A stretch of 64,000 nucleotides of DNA from the human T2T-CHM13v2.0 reference genome, Homo sapiens, in NCBI RefSeq assembly GCF_009914755.1, contig NC_060936.1; one strand, given 5' to 3'. Numbering within the stretch: position 1 is the first letter of the stretch; each line of letters begins with the position of its first letter. Below, piece after piece: positions 17,337 through 30,740 of this stretch. The position numbers were made by a program, and so were the translations under genes. The notes beneath the pieces were generated by a model. It ran no database searches, had not been told where the DNA came from, and worked only from the letters and a program-made list of their open reading frames with translations.

Positions 17337-18690
17337 AGGAATTGCTGGGTCTTATGATAAATCTATTTTTCATTTCTTTAGAAACCTCCATAATGTTTTC
17401 CACAATGGCTGCACCAATCTACGTTCCTACCAGCATTGTATTAGGGTTCTCTTTTCTTCACAACTTTACCAACACTTTATTTCTCTTGTCTTTTTGATAA
17501 TGGCTATTCTAACAGGAGTGAGATGATATTTCAATGTGGTTTTGATTTGCATTTCCCTGATAACCAATGATGTTGAGTACATTTTCATATAATTGTTGGC
17601 CATTTTATTTCTTCTTTGGACAAATGTCTATTCATGTATTTTGCCCAAATTTTAATTGAATTATTTGATTTTTTTTACTATTGCACTGTGCAAATTCCTT
17701 GTTTTTTGATGTTAACCCCTTATCTAACACATAATTCCCTAATATTTTCTCCCAGTCTGTTGGCTGTTTCATTTTGTTGATTAGCTCCTTTGCTGTGCAG
17801 AAGCTTTTTAGTTTTCTGTCATTTCACTTGTTTATTTTTGCTTTTGTTCTCTGTGCTTTTGGTGAGATATCAAAAAAATCCTTGCCAAGGCCAAATCAAT
17901 AAACTTTTCCCCTATATTTTCTTCTGGGAGCTTTACAGTTTTAGGTCTTATGTTTCATTCTTTAATCTACTTTGAGTTTATTTTTGTGTATGGCATTAGT
18001 CAAGTTTCATTCTTTTGCCTGTGGATACCAAGTTTTCCCAACATAATTTACTGAAGGGACTAGCCTTTCCCCCATGGTATCTTCCTGGTGGCCTTGTCAA
18101 AAATTAGTTGACCATCTATGTATAGGTTTATTTCTGGGCTCGCTATTCTGTTTCATTGATGTAGGAGTCTGTTTTTATGTCAGTACCATACTGTTTTGAT
18201 TACTATTTCTTTGTATTATAATTTGGAATCAGAAAGTATGATGCCTCCAACTTTGTTTTTCTTTCTCAAAATTATTTTGGCTACTTGACATCTTTGTGGT
18301 TCCATACAAATTTTAGAATGTTTTATATTTCTGTGAAAAATGCATTGGAATTTTGATGGGAATTACATTGAATGCATATATTGCTTCAAATTGTATAGAC
18401 ATTTTAACCATATTGTCTTCCAATTCATAAACATGGGATATCTTTCCAGTTAACTGTGTGTTCTTTAATTTATTTCATCAATGTTTTATAGTTTTCAGTG
18501 TGAAGATCTTTCACATCCTTGGTTACATTTATTACTATTTTATTCTTTTGGATGCTATTGTAAATGGGATTATGTTCTTGATTCCTTTTTCAGAGAGACC
18601 ATTATTTGTGTAAAGACATGCAACTGATTTTTGTATGTTTATTTTGTACCCTGCAACTTTACTGAATTCATTAATCAGTTCTAATGAATT
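17337..18690 (-). mobile_element. L1M (MA/MB-like) ORF2 fragment
   Basis: Continuous antisense L1 ORF2 text, e.g. 'cagtaccatactgttttgattact' and 'tcctttgctgtgcagaagctttttagtt'. Confidence 0.9.
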
Positions 18691-19007
18691 TATTTATTAG
18701 TTCTAATAGCTCTAATAGAAAGTAGGAAAGGTGAGATAGTAAGGCCTTGATCAATAATTGAAACAGTGGCCTGTACCAATGGTAAGGTAAGGGACAGAGA
18801 CGGTGACAACCAAAGTCAAGCAGCAGCATCCTGCCAGGAATTTGATTAGAGAGGATGTGATTGGAGACTCCTAGTTTTGTGGAACTGCTTGAAATCAAGA
18901 GGGAATATGGAAATACTGAGACCATATCCTCAGTCTAGAATGCAACTCAAAAGACCACAAGAGTAGGAGATAAAAAATCAGGATTCTAAGAAACCTAGAT
19001 GGAGACA

Positions 19008-19613
19008 TGTTAATTATCTATTGATATCTAAAAAAAAACCCTCAAGTTACTTATCATCTCTCAGTTACATCTCACAGTTATCACTGTACAGTTATCATCT
19101 CACAGCTCTGCATGTCAGAAATCCAAGTGGGCTTCACTGAGTTCTGTGATTAGGACCTCGCAAGACTGAAATCAGTGTTGGTTAGGCTGGGATATTATCT
19201 AGAGGTTCTAGAGAAGAATCCACTTTCAAACTCATTCTGGCTATTGGCTGAATTCATTCCTTGTACTTGCAGGACTGAGGTTCCTGGTCTCTTGCTCGCT
19301 GTTAGCTGGTATCTGCTCTCAGATTATAAAGGCCACCCATATTCCTTCCATCTTCGAAGGCAACAGTGGTGTGTCAAATGGCCCTGTTGCTTCAAATCTC
19401 TTCAACTACCATTATTCCTACTTCAGCCCCACTTGCCACCAGCCAAAGAAAGCTCTCTGCTTTTAAGGGATCATGTGATTGTAATGGGCCCACTGCATAG
19501 CCCAGAATAATCCCCCTTATTTCAAGGTCAACTGTGTCATATAACATAATCAAAGACATTTCATCACATTCACAGGTTCTGGGGATTAGGCAGAGCATCT
19601 TTGGGGGGCCAAT
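19008..19613 (-). mobile_element. MLT1 (E-like) MaLR solo LTR
   Basis: Reverse complement begins 'ggcccccccaaagatgctctgcctaatccccagaacctgtgaatgtg', typical of an MLT1 5' end. Confidence 0.75.
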
Positions 19614-19744
19614 TTAGAAATTCTAACTTTAGAAATCCTATTATAGGACTCTAGCCAAATTCATTCTTGAATTATATAAATTTATATATACTGTGTACTT
19701 AGTATAATGTTTTCTATACTGGGTCCTTGCTTTTTCTCAGGTAT

Positions 19745-20135
19745 TGATATGATTTGGCTGTGTCCCCACCCAAATCTCATCTTCATCTTGAATTGTAGTT
19801 CCCATAATCCCCACATGTCATGGGAGGGACTAGGCGGAGAAAATTGAATCATGGAGGCTGTTTCCCACATCTTGTTCTCATGATAGTGAGATGGTTCTCA
19901 CGGGATCTGATGGTTTTTTAAGGGATTTCCTCCTTTAATGGGCACTCATTCTCTCTCCTGCTGCCATGTGAAGAAGGATGTGTTTGCTTCCCCTTCAGCC
20001 ATTACTGTAAGTTTCCTGAGGCACCCCCCAGCCATGCTGAACTGTGAATCAACTAAACCTCTTTCCTTTATAAATTACCCAGTCTTGGGTATGTCTTGTA
20101 TGTTTTTATTAGCAACATGAGAACAGACTAATACA
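19745..20135 (+). mobile_element. THE1C/D MaLR solo LTR
   Basis: tgatatgatttggctgtgtccccacccaaatctcatc...gaacagactaataca; contains 'gtaagtttcctgagg'. Confidence 0.9.
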
Positions 20136-20234
20136 AATATAATGTAGCTTGAGAAATCAGAGACGTATGGATTGTGCTGATGAATCTTAGAAAAAGAAAG
20201 GTCTTCAGAAGATAATCTTTGAAGTAAGTAAGAA

Positions 20235-20730
20235 ACAATTATCCTCATTTTATACTTAAGTACCCAAACCAAGAGAGTTTAAATGAGTCTTGCTCAAGAC
20301 CACATGGCTCCTGGTGGCAAAAATAGAGCAGAATCTTATCTGTTGCTCTTCACAGCCTCAACATGTTTAAACAAGTGCTTGTTCCCGAAGCTGTTAGAAA
20401 TCTTTAAAAGCATCTCTAATTGTTTAGCTGCTAGGTTTCTCCATTCAAGAATAAATCAGCATCTCTTGCAGCAAGGCCAAAGATTCAGGATTTCAAGAGT
20501 CTTTCCTACTGTTAGTCATTAAGAGCCCAGTTAGGAATCAAATATGCACTTAAATTTAGGTAAAACATGCATGGATTTTGCAGGCAGAGAGCTTGAGTTT
20601 CGATCTACCTTACTTTGGGCAAGTTTCTTCACCTCTCTTCATCTGGAAAATGGATGCAATACTAGTACCAATCTCACAGAGCTACTCTGAGGAGTAATTG
20701 AAATAGTGCATGCAAATTGTTCACTTACCG
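20235..20730. mobile_element. Two MIR fragments (minus about 20235-20360, plus about 20585-20730)
   Basis: 'cttgctcaagaccacatggct' and 'tttgggcaagtttcttcacctctcttcatctggaaaatgg'. Confidence 0.55.
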
Positions 20731-21061
20731 TAGTGACAAGACTATATATGTTTTCTGTTTTTTGTTTTTTGTTTTACTAGACCTCCACACGGATTTCTGA
20801 TGATAGCAGCTGGATTAGCTATTCTCTCTCTCTGGCTATTTCTCATTTCTGCAGCTACTTGACTGAGGGAATGGCCCCACTCTTTTTTCCTGCTCCCTTG
20901 GTGTCAGGCTAATTGAATAAAAATAGGAATCTACAAATTAAAAGTCTCACACATGCTGCTATAGCAACGCTCTCTCTCCCATTCCTCTGATTACATGCAT
21001 CCATCCTCTTGTAGGCTTAAGACAAATGTAATAGTGATTTGCAAGGGCTCTAGGGTCAAAC

Positions 21062-21204
21062 TAGGGTGACCAACTGCTCCAGTTTGCCCAGGCTAAGGAG
21101 TTTTCAGGGACATGGAACTTTAAAGGCAAAAACCAGGATTGTCCCAGGAAAACAAAACAAAACAAAAAAAAAACAAACAAAAATCCAAGATGTTGTTCAC
21201 CCTC
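21062..21204. mobile_element. MER94-like hAT-Blackjack MITE inserted in a MIR
   Basis: TIRs tagggtgaccaac and gttgttcaccct; internal A-rich expansion; MIR resumes at 21205-21400. Confidence 0.7.
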
Positions 21205-21699
21205 TATCAGACTGCCTAGGTTCTATCTTTGGGACCTTAGGCAAGTTACCGACCTTGCTGTACCTCCATTTCCTCATCTGAATATAGATTATAACATCTT
21301 TCCTTATAAAGTTTTTTTTTAAGAGTAAATGAATTATATAGAGAGTGCTCAGAATAGTACCTAGAATGTAACAAGCACTCAATACATGTTGGTTAGTATT
21401 ACAATTACTAATCACTACAGGAAAACATGGAGTAATAAAACTAACACACAAGGACATGATGGAGGATCTAGAATCTTATAAAGTCCTTAGAGCCCAAGAG
21501 TGAAGCATCTAGGAAGGATTATCCACCCCAACAATCCCCCACCCTGCCATCATCGGGTCATGATCCTTCTCTGGGAGATCATGAAACCAAACAAAAATAA
21601 TAATATACTATGACCTCAAGAAAGTATAATAAGAGAAATACAAATTGCACTACCTTGAGCTAATTTATTTGACTAATCAAAACAAAACAAAGCAAACAA

Positions 21700-22540
21700 A
21701 CAAAAAAGCCCCAAACAGAAGTTTGAAAATGCTCAGTTACTAAAGCTGCAAAGAAATAGACACTCTCACACTGCACTAGAAGGCAGGCAAAATGGCCAGC
21801 CCCCATGGAAGGGTATCTGGCAATATCTACCAAAATTACAGATGCATTTGAACCACAATGCTACTCCTGGGAATCTATCCCACAGTTACTGTTACCTATG
21901 TATCACAGCATAGATGGTTAAAGATATCAACTAGAGAACTGTTTCTTATAGCACAAACTGGAAACGACCTCCAAAAATAGGGGACTGGTCAAAAGAACTA
22001 TGGTGTATCTGTATAACTGAATATGGTACACAAATAAAAAAAGAATGAAGAAGCTCTCTATGTATCAATATGGCAAGATCTCCAAAATATATTGTTCAAT
22101 AATGAAAAAGCTTGGTGCAAAATAGTGTAATATGCTATCTTTTCTGAAAAAAGAGAGGAGGAAATAAGAATGTATATGTATGCTTGTACATGCAATAAGA
22201 AACACTGCAGCTGGACACAATGGTGTGCACCTGTAGTCCTCAGCTACTCAGGAGGCTGAGGCCAGAGGATCACTGAGTCCAGCAGCTCAAGGCTGTAGTG
22301 CACTATGGAGGCACCTGTGAATAGCCACTTCGCTCCAGCCCAGGCAACGTCATGAGACCCTGTCTCGAAAATAAAATAAAAAACACTGGAAAAATAGCAA
22401 GAGACTAATTGAAATTACTTATTAAGGGCAGAAAGAAACTGGGTAGATGAAGAGCAAGGTGGGAGCAACATATCTCAATCTAGATTTTTAAATTTTGTTT
22501 TTATTTTCACCTTGTAAAGTGTAGTACATAACAAAAAATA
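21700..22540 (+). mobile_element. Old L1ME/MC 3' fragment, interrupted by a FAM
   Basis: 'ggcaatatctaccaaaattacagatgcat...ctcctgggaatctatccc'. Confidence 0.7.
22208..22378 (+). mobile_element. FAM-type fossil Alu monomer
   Basis: Single monomer with 7SL-like 'cctgtgaatagccact'; TSD aaacactg. Confidence 0.8.
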
Positions 22541-22548
22541 TATTTGTA

Positions 22549-22929
22549 GGCCAGGTGCGGTGGCTCATGCCTCTAATCCCAGCACTATGGGAGGCCAAGG
22601 CGGGTGGATCACTTGAGGTCAGGAGTTTGAGACCAGCCTGGCCAGCATGGTGAAACCCCGGCTCTACTAAAAACAAAAAAAAATTAGCCGGGTGTAGTGG
22701 CACATGCCTGTAATCCCAGCTACTGGGGAGGCTGAGGCAGGAGAATCACTTGAACCCAGAGGCAGAGGTGGCAGTGAACCAAGATCATGCCACTGCACTC
22801 CAGCCTGGGTGACAGAATGAGACCCTGTCTCAAAAAAAAAAAAAAAAAAAAAAAAGAGGCAGAGGTTGCAGTGAACCAAGATCATGCTACTGCACTCCCG
22901 CCTGGGTGACAGAATGAGAGCCTGTCTCA

Positions 22930-22966
<37 letters not shown>

Positions 22967-22987
22967 GAAAAGAAAAAGGAAAAGAAA
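22549..22987 (+). mobile_element. AluS with a tandemly duplicated 3' end and (AAAAG)n tail
   Basis: Full dimer to 22855, then a second copy of the last ~73 bp plus poly-A. Confidence 0.93.
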
Positions 22988-25900
22988 TATACATTTTTAA
23001 AAACCAAAGTAAAAAATTAAAATCTCCTTTTCTATATCATCCACTTAAAAATTAGCATAGTGTGCTATGATGGCACCTGTGAATAGCCACTTCACTCCAG
23101 CCCAGGCAATATCATGAGGCCCCATCTCTAAAACAAAACAAATTTAAAAAAAGAAAGAAACTGGAAAAATAACAAGAGAGCACTTAACTTCTATAAAACA
23201 CATCTCATTTGAGAAGACAGGAAATTGTGTTGAAAACAACCCCATGGTATCCTCCATGCACCCAAACAAATAAACAAAAGATTTCTGCCATGTGATTTTG
23301 AGGACCACTCCCTGCCAGCTAAGCAGAAAGAAAGCAAGGGCACAGGTGGTGTTCTGGGAATTAGAGTCATATAGGAACTGATTTATATTCCTCTCCCATT
23401 TGTATGTAGACCCCAGTAACCCAACAGCGTGGCCAGCATCTGGGAGGAGATAAAACGCAGTGTGTTTTGCCTTTTTCAGCTAGGATGAGGTTTCATTCTC
23501 TCATCGTTTTACATTTGCACGATAGGAGATCTGTTCTGCTTCTTATGTTAATTGAAATCGGCTGCTTTGGGCTCTGACACAGGCATTTAGCGCTAACAGT
23601 CAATTGCTCTTTCCTCAGCCATCTGGCAAAAGAGTTGAAACCAGCAATTTTCTGAGTCAGAATTAGACATCTGAAAACAAACGTGCACATAGGCAAACCT
23701 CTTAGAAGTGCAGAATGAAAGAAAGTAGCAGGTAGCAGGATGCTATAAAGCCAACTCTGAAGCAATGGGATCTCTAATAGGGGAACCCAAAAGGGTACGT
23801 TGGCTTCTGACACCACTACCACCCTTTCCAGTATGCATCAGAAGCACTGGGAATCAGGCTGTCTCTCTCTCCCTTACCTTCCCTGCTAAATGGCAGGAGC
23901 TACCCTAGCTTTGGCCTCATTTGGCTTTCCCTTGTAGACAGGTGTACTACTCTCTCAGATATTCTCACCTTTAGTACTTGAGCAGCCACTTCAAGTTCAG
24001 CAGGAATTTATGGAGCACTCGAGCTTCTGTGATAGCATCTTCTCCTGGTTCTTCAAAATCCCTGACTGTTCTTTTTCTCCTCCCCCTCATGTATTCCCCT
24101 TTCTCCATCTGCCCTTTAAATGTTGGTGTTTCCTCAACTTCTGTCCTCGGCTCATCTTACATCATATATTTACTCTCCTGTTGCAGGTTTGAGGCTGCAA
24201 ACAGGAGAGTAAGTATATGGTGTAAGATGAGCTGAGGCCTAAAGGACCATGCAAATAGTGCTGGTTTCATTCTTAAGAGGGGGACTCATTCTAGACCCTT
24301 TCTGACACAGGCTGCTTTTTTCTATGGGCCCATTCAGAGTTTCATGATGAAGCACCAAACTCTCTTCACACAAAAGCAGCAGTGACTCTATATCTGGCTG
24401 CCATTTCCTGCCTTCCAATTGAAGTCTTTCCTAGTAAAGAGTTAGGACACCCCCAAACCTGGGCAGAACATATCCCCCACCCCCAACCACCAATGTCAAT
24501 GGCTCAAAAGCTACACAAGTAAACCTTAAGTATTAGTAAAGCACAAATCAAGTCACTTCCAGATGGAAGACTGTGTCATTCCTGAATCAAACACTCATTT
24601 GTGGTACCCATTATGGTGCCATTTGGCCCTACAAATCCTCTATACAGAAAGTGCAAATAATACACAAGTGCTCATCAGGTTAATCTGAGTGGTAGCTGTG
24701 TCCACGTGTGCCTGTCCATGCATCCCTCCCAAAGATTAGCTAAGCATCCGCTCCAAGCATCTTTCATCTGCTGAACCCTCTTGCTCTGCCTTTACTCTGG
24801 TCCTTATATCCACATCACTAAGAGGGAAGGTTAGTGTAGAAGACAGACAGGATGTATGAAGTTTGGATAACACAGGATTTGGGGAGTGTGGTCTTTCTGC
24901 CCACATGCACCCTGCCCTAAGTGAGTTATGTTCTTCTTTCCCCTTGTTTATTGCTCTGTTTTGAATTGATTCAATGAAGTATGAGATTCCAACATATTCA
25001 TTCCAGCTATGAGCCTTCCTGTTCTGTGACCTCTGTAATAACTTGCCTGGTATGGTACTTGTAGGCTATCCTTGCATCAGAGTGATTTCCCACAAGACAT
25101 TTTATTGGCTTCATCTGTATTTTACCTTATGATTACATGCTACTATTCTTTTTTGCATTTTCAGATTTCCCTTTAATAATTTTGTAATCTAGAAAGTAAG
25201 TGTGCTTTTCAAAAGGGTAACATGATCTACTGTGTCTTATTGAACCCCAGGCACTAAGGGTTGAAACTAAGTTTTATCCAGACTAGTTTCCTGTGGAGCA
25301 ACACAGCAAATAGGATGGTGGTCAAGTTTGCACAGGTTGGCTTCTCACCTTATGTAAGAATGTCAGAGATGGTCCACTTGCTGTCTGTCCCCTCACTCCC
25401 TGCTGTAGTCAGATGTTTATGACTTATCTGTAGACCCCAGACTCAACTAAAGCATAGGAGCAGCTCAATGCTGGGTTCTTGGTGCTAGCATCTACCGCAA
25501 TTCAGGGTGAAAATACTGGGGTAGGGGAGATGACATTACGAAGACTGACTAGCCACTGGGCAAGGTGCTCACAGCCTCAGATGCTGGACACAATCAGCCG
25601 TGTGTGTCACTGTGGACTTGGCTAACTGTGAATCTCCTTCCTCTGGCATTTCCTATTTTTATTCTCAGAAGGTAACTATAATTTTAGAGGATGCAAAATG
25701 GCAATCCACACCATGTCATCGTTAAACAATTAAGGAATTTCACATTTTTTAAAATCCAGATTTCTTGCTTCTCTTGACAAATGAGAGCTCTGGACATGCA
25801 ATCCCCCGTGGCAACAATAGGCTGCCCTCTTTAGATAGAATCCAACCACTCATGAGCAGTTCACTCCTTTACATTTCCTGCATCTCTCTCCTTGGCTATA

Positions 25901-26769
25901 CTATTGGTTGCAGTATTCCTGGCTGTTGCCTCATGTTTTACAGAAAGTGCAATTAACCTGTTGTCTGTTCTCTTTGTCCAATTTGCAGGCTTCATGCGGC
26001 CCAGTTCTCTTGCCTGTGCTCTGCTCTCTGAGCATGAGTGCTGATATCCAGCCTGCCTCACTGTGCCTTTCCATCCCCCACCTTCCTGTGCATGCAGACC
26101 TCCTTACTATTGCTCTCTGCCTGGTTTCTCAGGTCCCTGTTTGACCTTGGCCAGTCTTCTAGTTGCTCTTCTCTTAAACCAATAATATGACCTGACACCA
26201 AGAACTGCTGGGGGACCTGCTTTTGATGACCTACTGCATTTTAACATAGGGGTCATCACACCAGCCTAGCAAACATTGTCAGAACCCCAGAAGCTTCTTT
26301 AAAAACTAGTCAAGTGTTTCAGTAGCCTGATACTAAATCCCTCCAGTCTGTGACCTATTCATTCGGTTGGTACCAAATGCCCCCTGAGGTTAAACAAGGC
26401 CCTGAAAAGATAATGAGATGAAATGGCTTGACCTTCAGGTGGAAGATCTCTCCTTTCCTTCCTAGCCTCTAGCTGGCTTAGATTATTTTTATCATTTTTC
26501 AAAGCAGCAACGTTTATTTCCTCTGCTTCAGTGAGCTGTGCAGATGCAAGGTCTGGAAGGAATATTTAGTGGTCGCCATGGTTACCATTAGTCATATGAA
26601 GTTATAGCGCATGTGCTGATTCCTCTCTTCACAGCTGTAAAAAGAAAGCACGCTTCAAAAAGCAGGCTTGCTAGGGCTCTGAAGACTTTAATTCTGTAAT
26701 GGGTCCAGCTCCTCTGGTCATTTATCTTGATCTGCCAGTTTAATTAGCACTTTAAAGATTTTAGGCAGA

Positions 26770-26890
26770 GAAGATTTCATAGAACATGAAGCTAGATGGA
26801 CATTTTGAGATTTAGCCTCACCTTCTGATTTTACAAATAAGGAAACTGAGGCCCAGAAAGGAGAAGGGACTTAGAGCCACACAGTGAGTC
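26770..26890 (-). mobile_element. MIR fragment
   Basis: 'ttttacaaataaggaaactgaggcccagaaagg'. Confidence 0.7.
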
Positions 26891-27519
26891 AATTAAAGTC
26901 ATCAAAGGGGTATGCTTAGTAAGTACCAGGGCCAGGGCTCCTTCTAGCTCCGCTATATCTCCCAACCTAACTGGCAGACTGAGTCATGTGAAGCTCTAGG
27001 ATGGACAAGGACTAAACAAGTTCAGTGCAAGGCAGGGAAATCTGATCTCACAAGAAGGGGTTGGATTCCTTAAAATGGGGCTTAAGCCAAAATCCAAAAA
27101 GGGTCTCCAAGGCCATTTTAGGCTTGGAGTATCAACTGAGTTTTATGATTGGCTAAGTCCAGATGGCACAAACAACCACTATTTCAAAATGGGCTGTTCG
27201 TCTACTGGTTCTGACCAGTTTTCTAAAAAGTGGATGCCCCGCAAGTGCTGCAGCTCCTTCTGTGGGGCCTGACTTCTCGCTATCTTGCAATTTCCCTACT
27301 CTCCCGGCTCAATGTTCAATAGAACCTCACTTCCAATAAGCCCAGGACTATGGCTCTTCTGATGTTTTGCAATTGGCTAGATATAAAAATAAAATTGCAC
27401 ATAGAACATCTTGAACAAGGGTCAACTATCTTCACACTTTTTAATTTAAGTAAGACTTTCTGTTTGATGGACTCAATATTTAACGTGTTTTTGCCTGAAT
27501 AACCTCAACATTGGATAAC

Positions 27520-28630
27520 CTGAACAAACACTTCTTCACAGACCTTGTTTCTAGGTACTGTTCCTCACTAGAAGGAGCTAGGATTCCTTGGAGAGAGGAG
27601 GGCCAGAGCAAAGCAAGACAAGAAGGGCCTGGAATATCTTATACAAAAAAGTGTACAAAAAATGATGAAGGCTATGTCAAAAAGACTTAGGGCCAGCTTC
27701 AAGGGTACCTATTGGCTAAATTTGGGACAATTTAAGCTTCAACAGGAATTAAATGGCAGCATTGGATCTAATTCACTGAATAAAAATAAGAATCCAGCTA
27801 ATCAATGTAGAAGAAGTAATAATAGTTGGTAAGTCAATCATCTTTTTTAAAAGACATCATAGTAATAACTGATTTTATCAAGATTCATCAACGGATGCTA
27901 AAGCTATAGGGTAAAAGTTTGAAGAAGACAGGATAATAAATAGTCTCAAAATATCTTCCTGTAGATTATAAAGAGAAATGGTAGTCTTCTAGTGGAGATA
28001 CCTAGCAATCACCAGTTTATAAAAAGTGATCAAAGTTAATGTCATCAGTAATGTGTGCCTCTAGGTGGTGATATGTTGTTAAGGACACAACATCATTGTC
28101 ATGGTATGCTTGCCAAAAGTGCATAATCTGAACTTAATGATGAGTAACCCTGAGGCAAACCCAAATCATGTGACATTTCTACCAAACGTCTGGCCTGTAT
28201 ACTTCAATAATGTCAATGTCCTGAAAAACAAAGCTAAGGAACTGCTTCAAATTAAAGGAGATTAATGAGCCATGACAACTAAATGCAGTCTGTGATCCTG
28301 AATTGGATGCTGGTTCAGGGAGAAAACAAACAATTACAAAAACATTTTTAGGGCAATTATTAAAATTTGAGTATGATCTATATATTAAATAATAGCATGT
28401 ATCAATGTTAAACGTCCTGAATTTGATGTTGGTACTATGGATCTATAAGGGGAAAAGGAGTATGATGTTTGAAACTAATACTTGAATGGGAAAGGAGGGA
28501 AGAAGAGAGAATATAAAAGAAAATGAAGAAAAGGTTAAAACAGGCAAATTCAGATGGGTTTAGAGAGTTAGTTCTTGGTACTACTCTTAAAACTTCTGTA
28601 AATTTGAAATGATTTTAAGTTAAAAAGTAA
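27520..28630 (+). mobile_element. L1MC-type 3' region
   Basis: 'ggagattaatgagccatgacaactaaatgcagtctgtgatcctgaattggat' and 'caatgttaaacgtcctgaatttgat'. Confidence 0.75.
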
Positions 28631-28856
28631 AATTTAGAAACTCTCCAATTTGAAGGGATCCTAATGCAGGTAGCAGGTAGGAGCAAACAAGACAAGCTCA
28701 AACTGACAATTTACAAGTCAAGAATTATTTAACTACAGCTCAAAGTTCTAGGCAGAAAGAAATGTATATTAATTTATTCTTTAAGAAAACATTCATTGAA
28801 TAATATTAATAATAGTTAATATTTGTAAGCACTTTCTGTGGGTTACTTGGTTTCCA

Positions 28857-29105
28857 TGTTGCAGCAGATTGCATTTTCTAAATATAAACATATTGAACTA
28901 CATTCCATCCTACATGCTTTTCTTAAAATGTGATGTTTACAACTTACATCAAGAGATGGGGTATACTTTTCTTTTTCTTGAACCTGAAAAGGCCTTTAAC
29001 TACTTTGACCAATATAATAGCATGGAAGAGATGGTGCATGACTTCTGGGGCTAGGCCATAAAAGGCATAGAAACTTATCTTGTCTCTTGGATTGCTTGCT
29101 CTGAG
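28857..29105 (+). mobile_element. Old MLT1 LTR fragment
   Basis: 'ctttgaccaatataatagcatggaagagatggtgcatgacttctggggctaggccataaaagg'. Confidence 0.65.
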
Positions 29106-29140
29106 AATGAAAAGAAATGGTTATGCAAAAAATGCAATGG

Positions 29141-29569
<429 letters not shown>

Positions 29570-30499
29570 CTACCAAACAAGCAGACACCCCTGCCTCACC
29601 TTTCCCTAAACATAGTTATATTCTCTCATTGTGTTTTGTTCAAGAAAACTTGATTACATGCCTTGATAATGCAATGGATTACCCATTAGACATTACTATC
29701 TTAGAATTTAACCATAAACATTTTGCAAACACCATATAAAACCAAATTTGAAGCCCTCAGTCCATCATCCTAATATTGGTACAGAAGACAATGAACTGAT
29801 GTGACACTCATCTTCATACCTAATAAAAGCCTGCCAGTTCTGCGCCTTCCCCAATGTTTCCAGCAGTCCCTCCTTTTATTCTTTGTTCACCACTGGGTAT
29901 GCAGTCAGCATGTAATAAATAATAAAAACAACTTTTCTCTTTAGTGCTTGTTTCTTCTGCTTTCTAAATTCTTTCAGTTCTCTTAGACATAGTAGTTCCA
30001 CATTCTTCAAATAGCACACTAAAGACTCAAACAAACCATCCCCTTCCCTGAGCATCTTAACATTCATAATCATAGCACTTAGCATTTAAATATATGCCTT
30101 TGACCCTGAGTAGTCTCATGTCACATGGTGGAGGTTATAAGCTTCTTTGTCAAGGGCTTATATGTGTCATTAATATGCCACCCTCAACCCCCATGTGCAC
30201 CTAGCACAACCTTAAGTATGCAGTATAACACATACTTGTCAACTGATTGATCCTAACATACTAAAAAGTTCACTGCTATTTATGTTGATAACTTTTCTAA
30301 ATCTTCTACAAATAACATTTGAAGAAGTAAGTTTCCAATGCCTAGTGAAAGAAAGCTGGCCTGGTAAATGATGTGTTACAGGGGAGGTGTTCTTGGTCTC
30401 TTTGCTGACCCAGAACTAACTTATCTCTTTACAGTCACTGGACAGGCACCAGCCTCCAAAGGAGCACAGGACTGATATCCTGTACCAAGGATGTAGATA

Positions 30500-30740
30500 G
30501 CACTGGATGCACTTATGAGCATGTGGTCTGGAATCAGGCAGAATGGGTTCGAAGCCTAGCTTTTCCACTTCCCAGCCATGGGACCTTAGGCATTTTACTT
30601 CTTTAAACCTTAGCTTCGGTGTCTTCAAAATGGGGATATTAATCTGCTGTACTTAGCTCATAATGTTGTGGAGAGGATTAAATGAGGCATGCAAAGTGTG
30701 TGACACAGGTACCGAGAGAGCTACAGAAGTGTTAGTGGTT
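30500..30740 (+). mobile_element. MIR
   Basis: 'ctggaatcaggcagaatgggttcgaagcc...aaaatggggatatt...gaggattaaatgag'. Confidence 0.8.

Noticed and set aside
22208-22378. 7SL RNA gene or pseudogene
   Set aside because: Only the Alu-domain monomer is present, without the S domain, so it is a FAM-type SINE.
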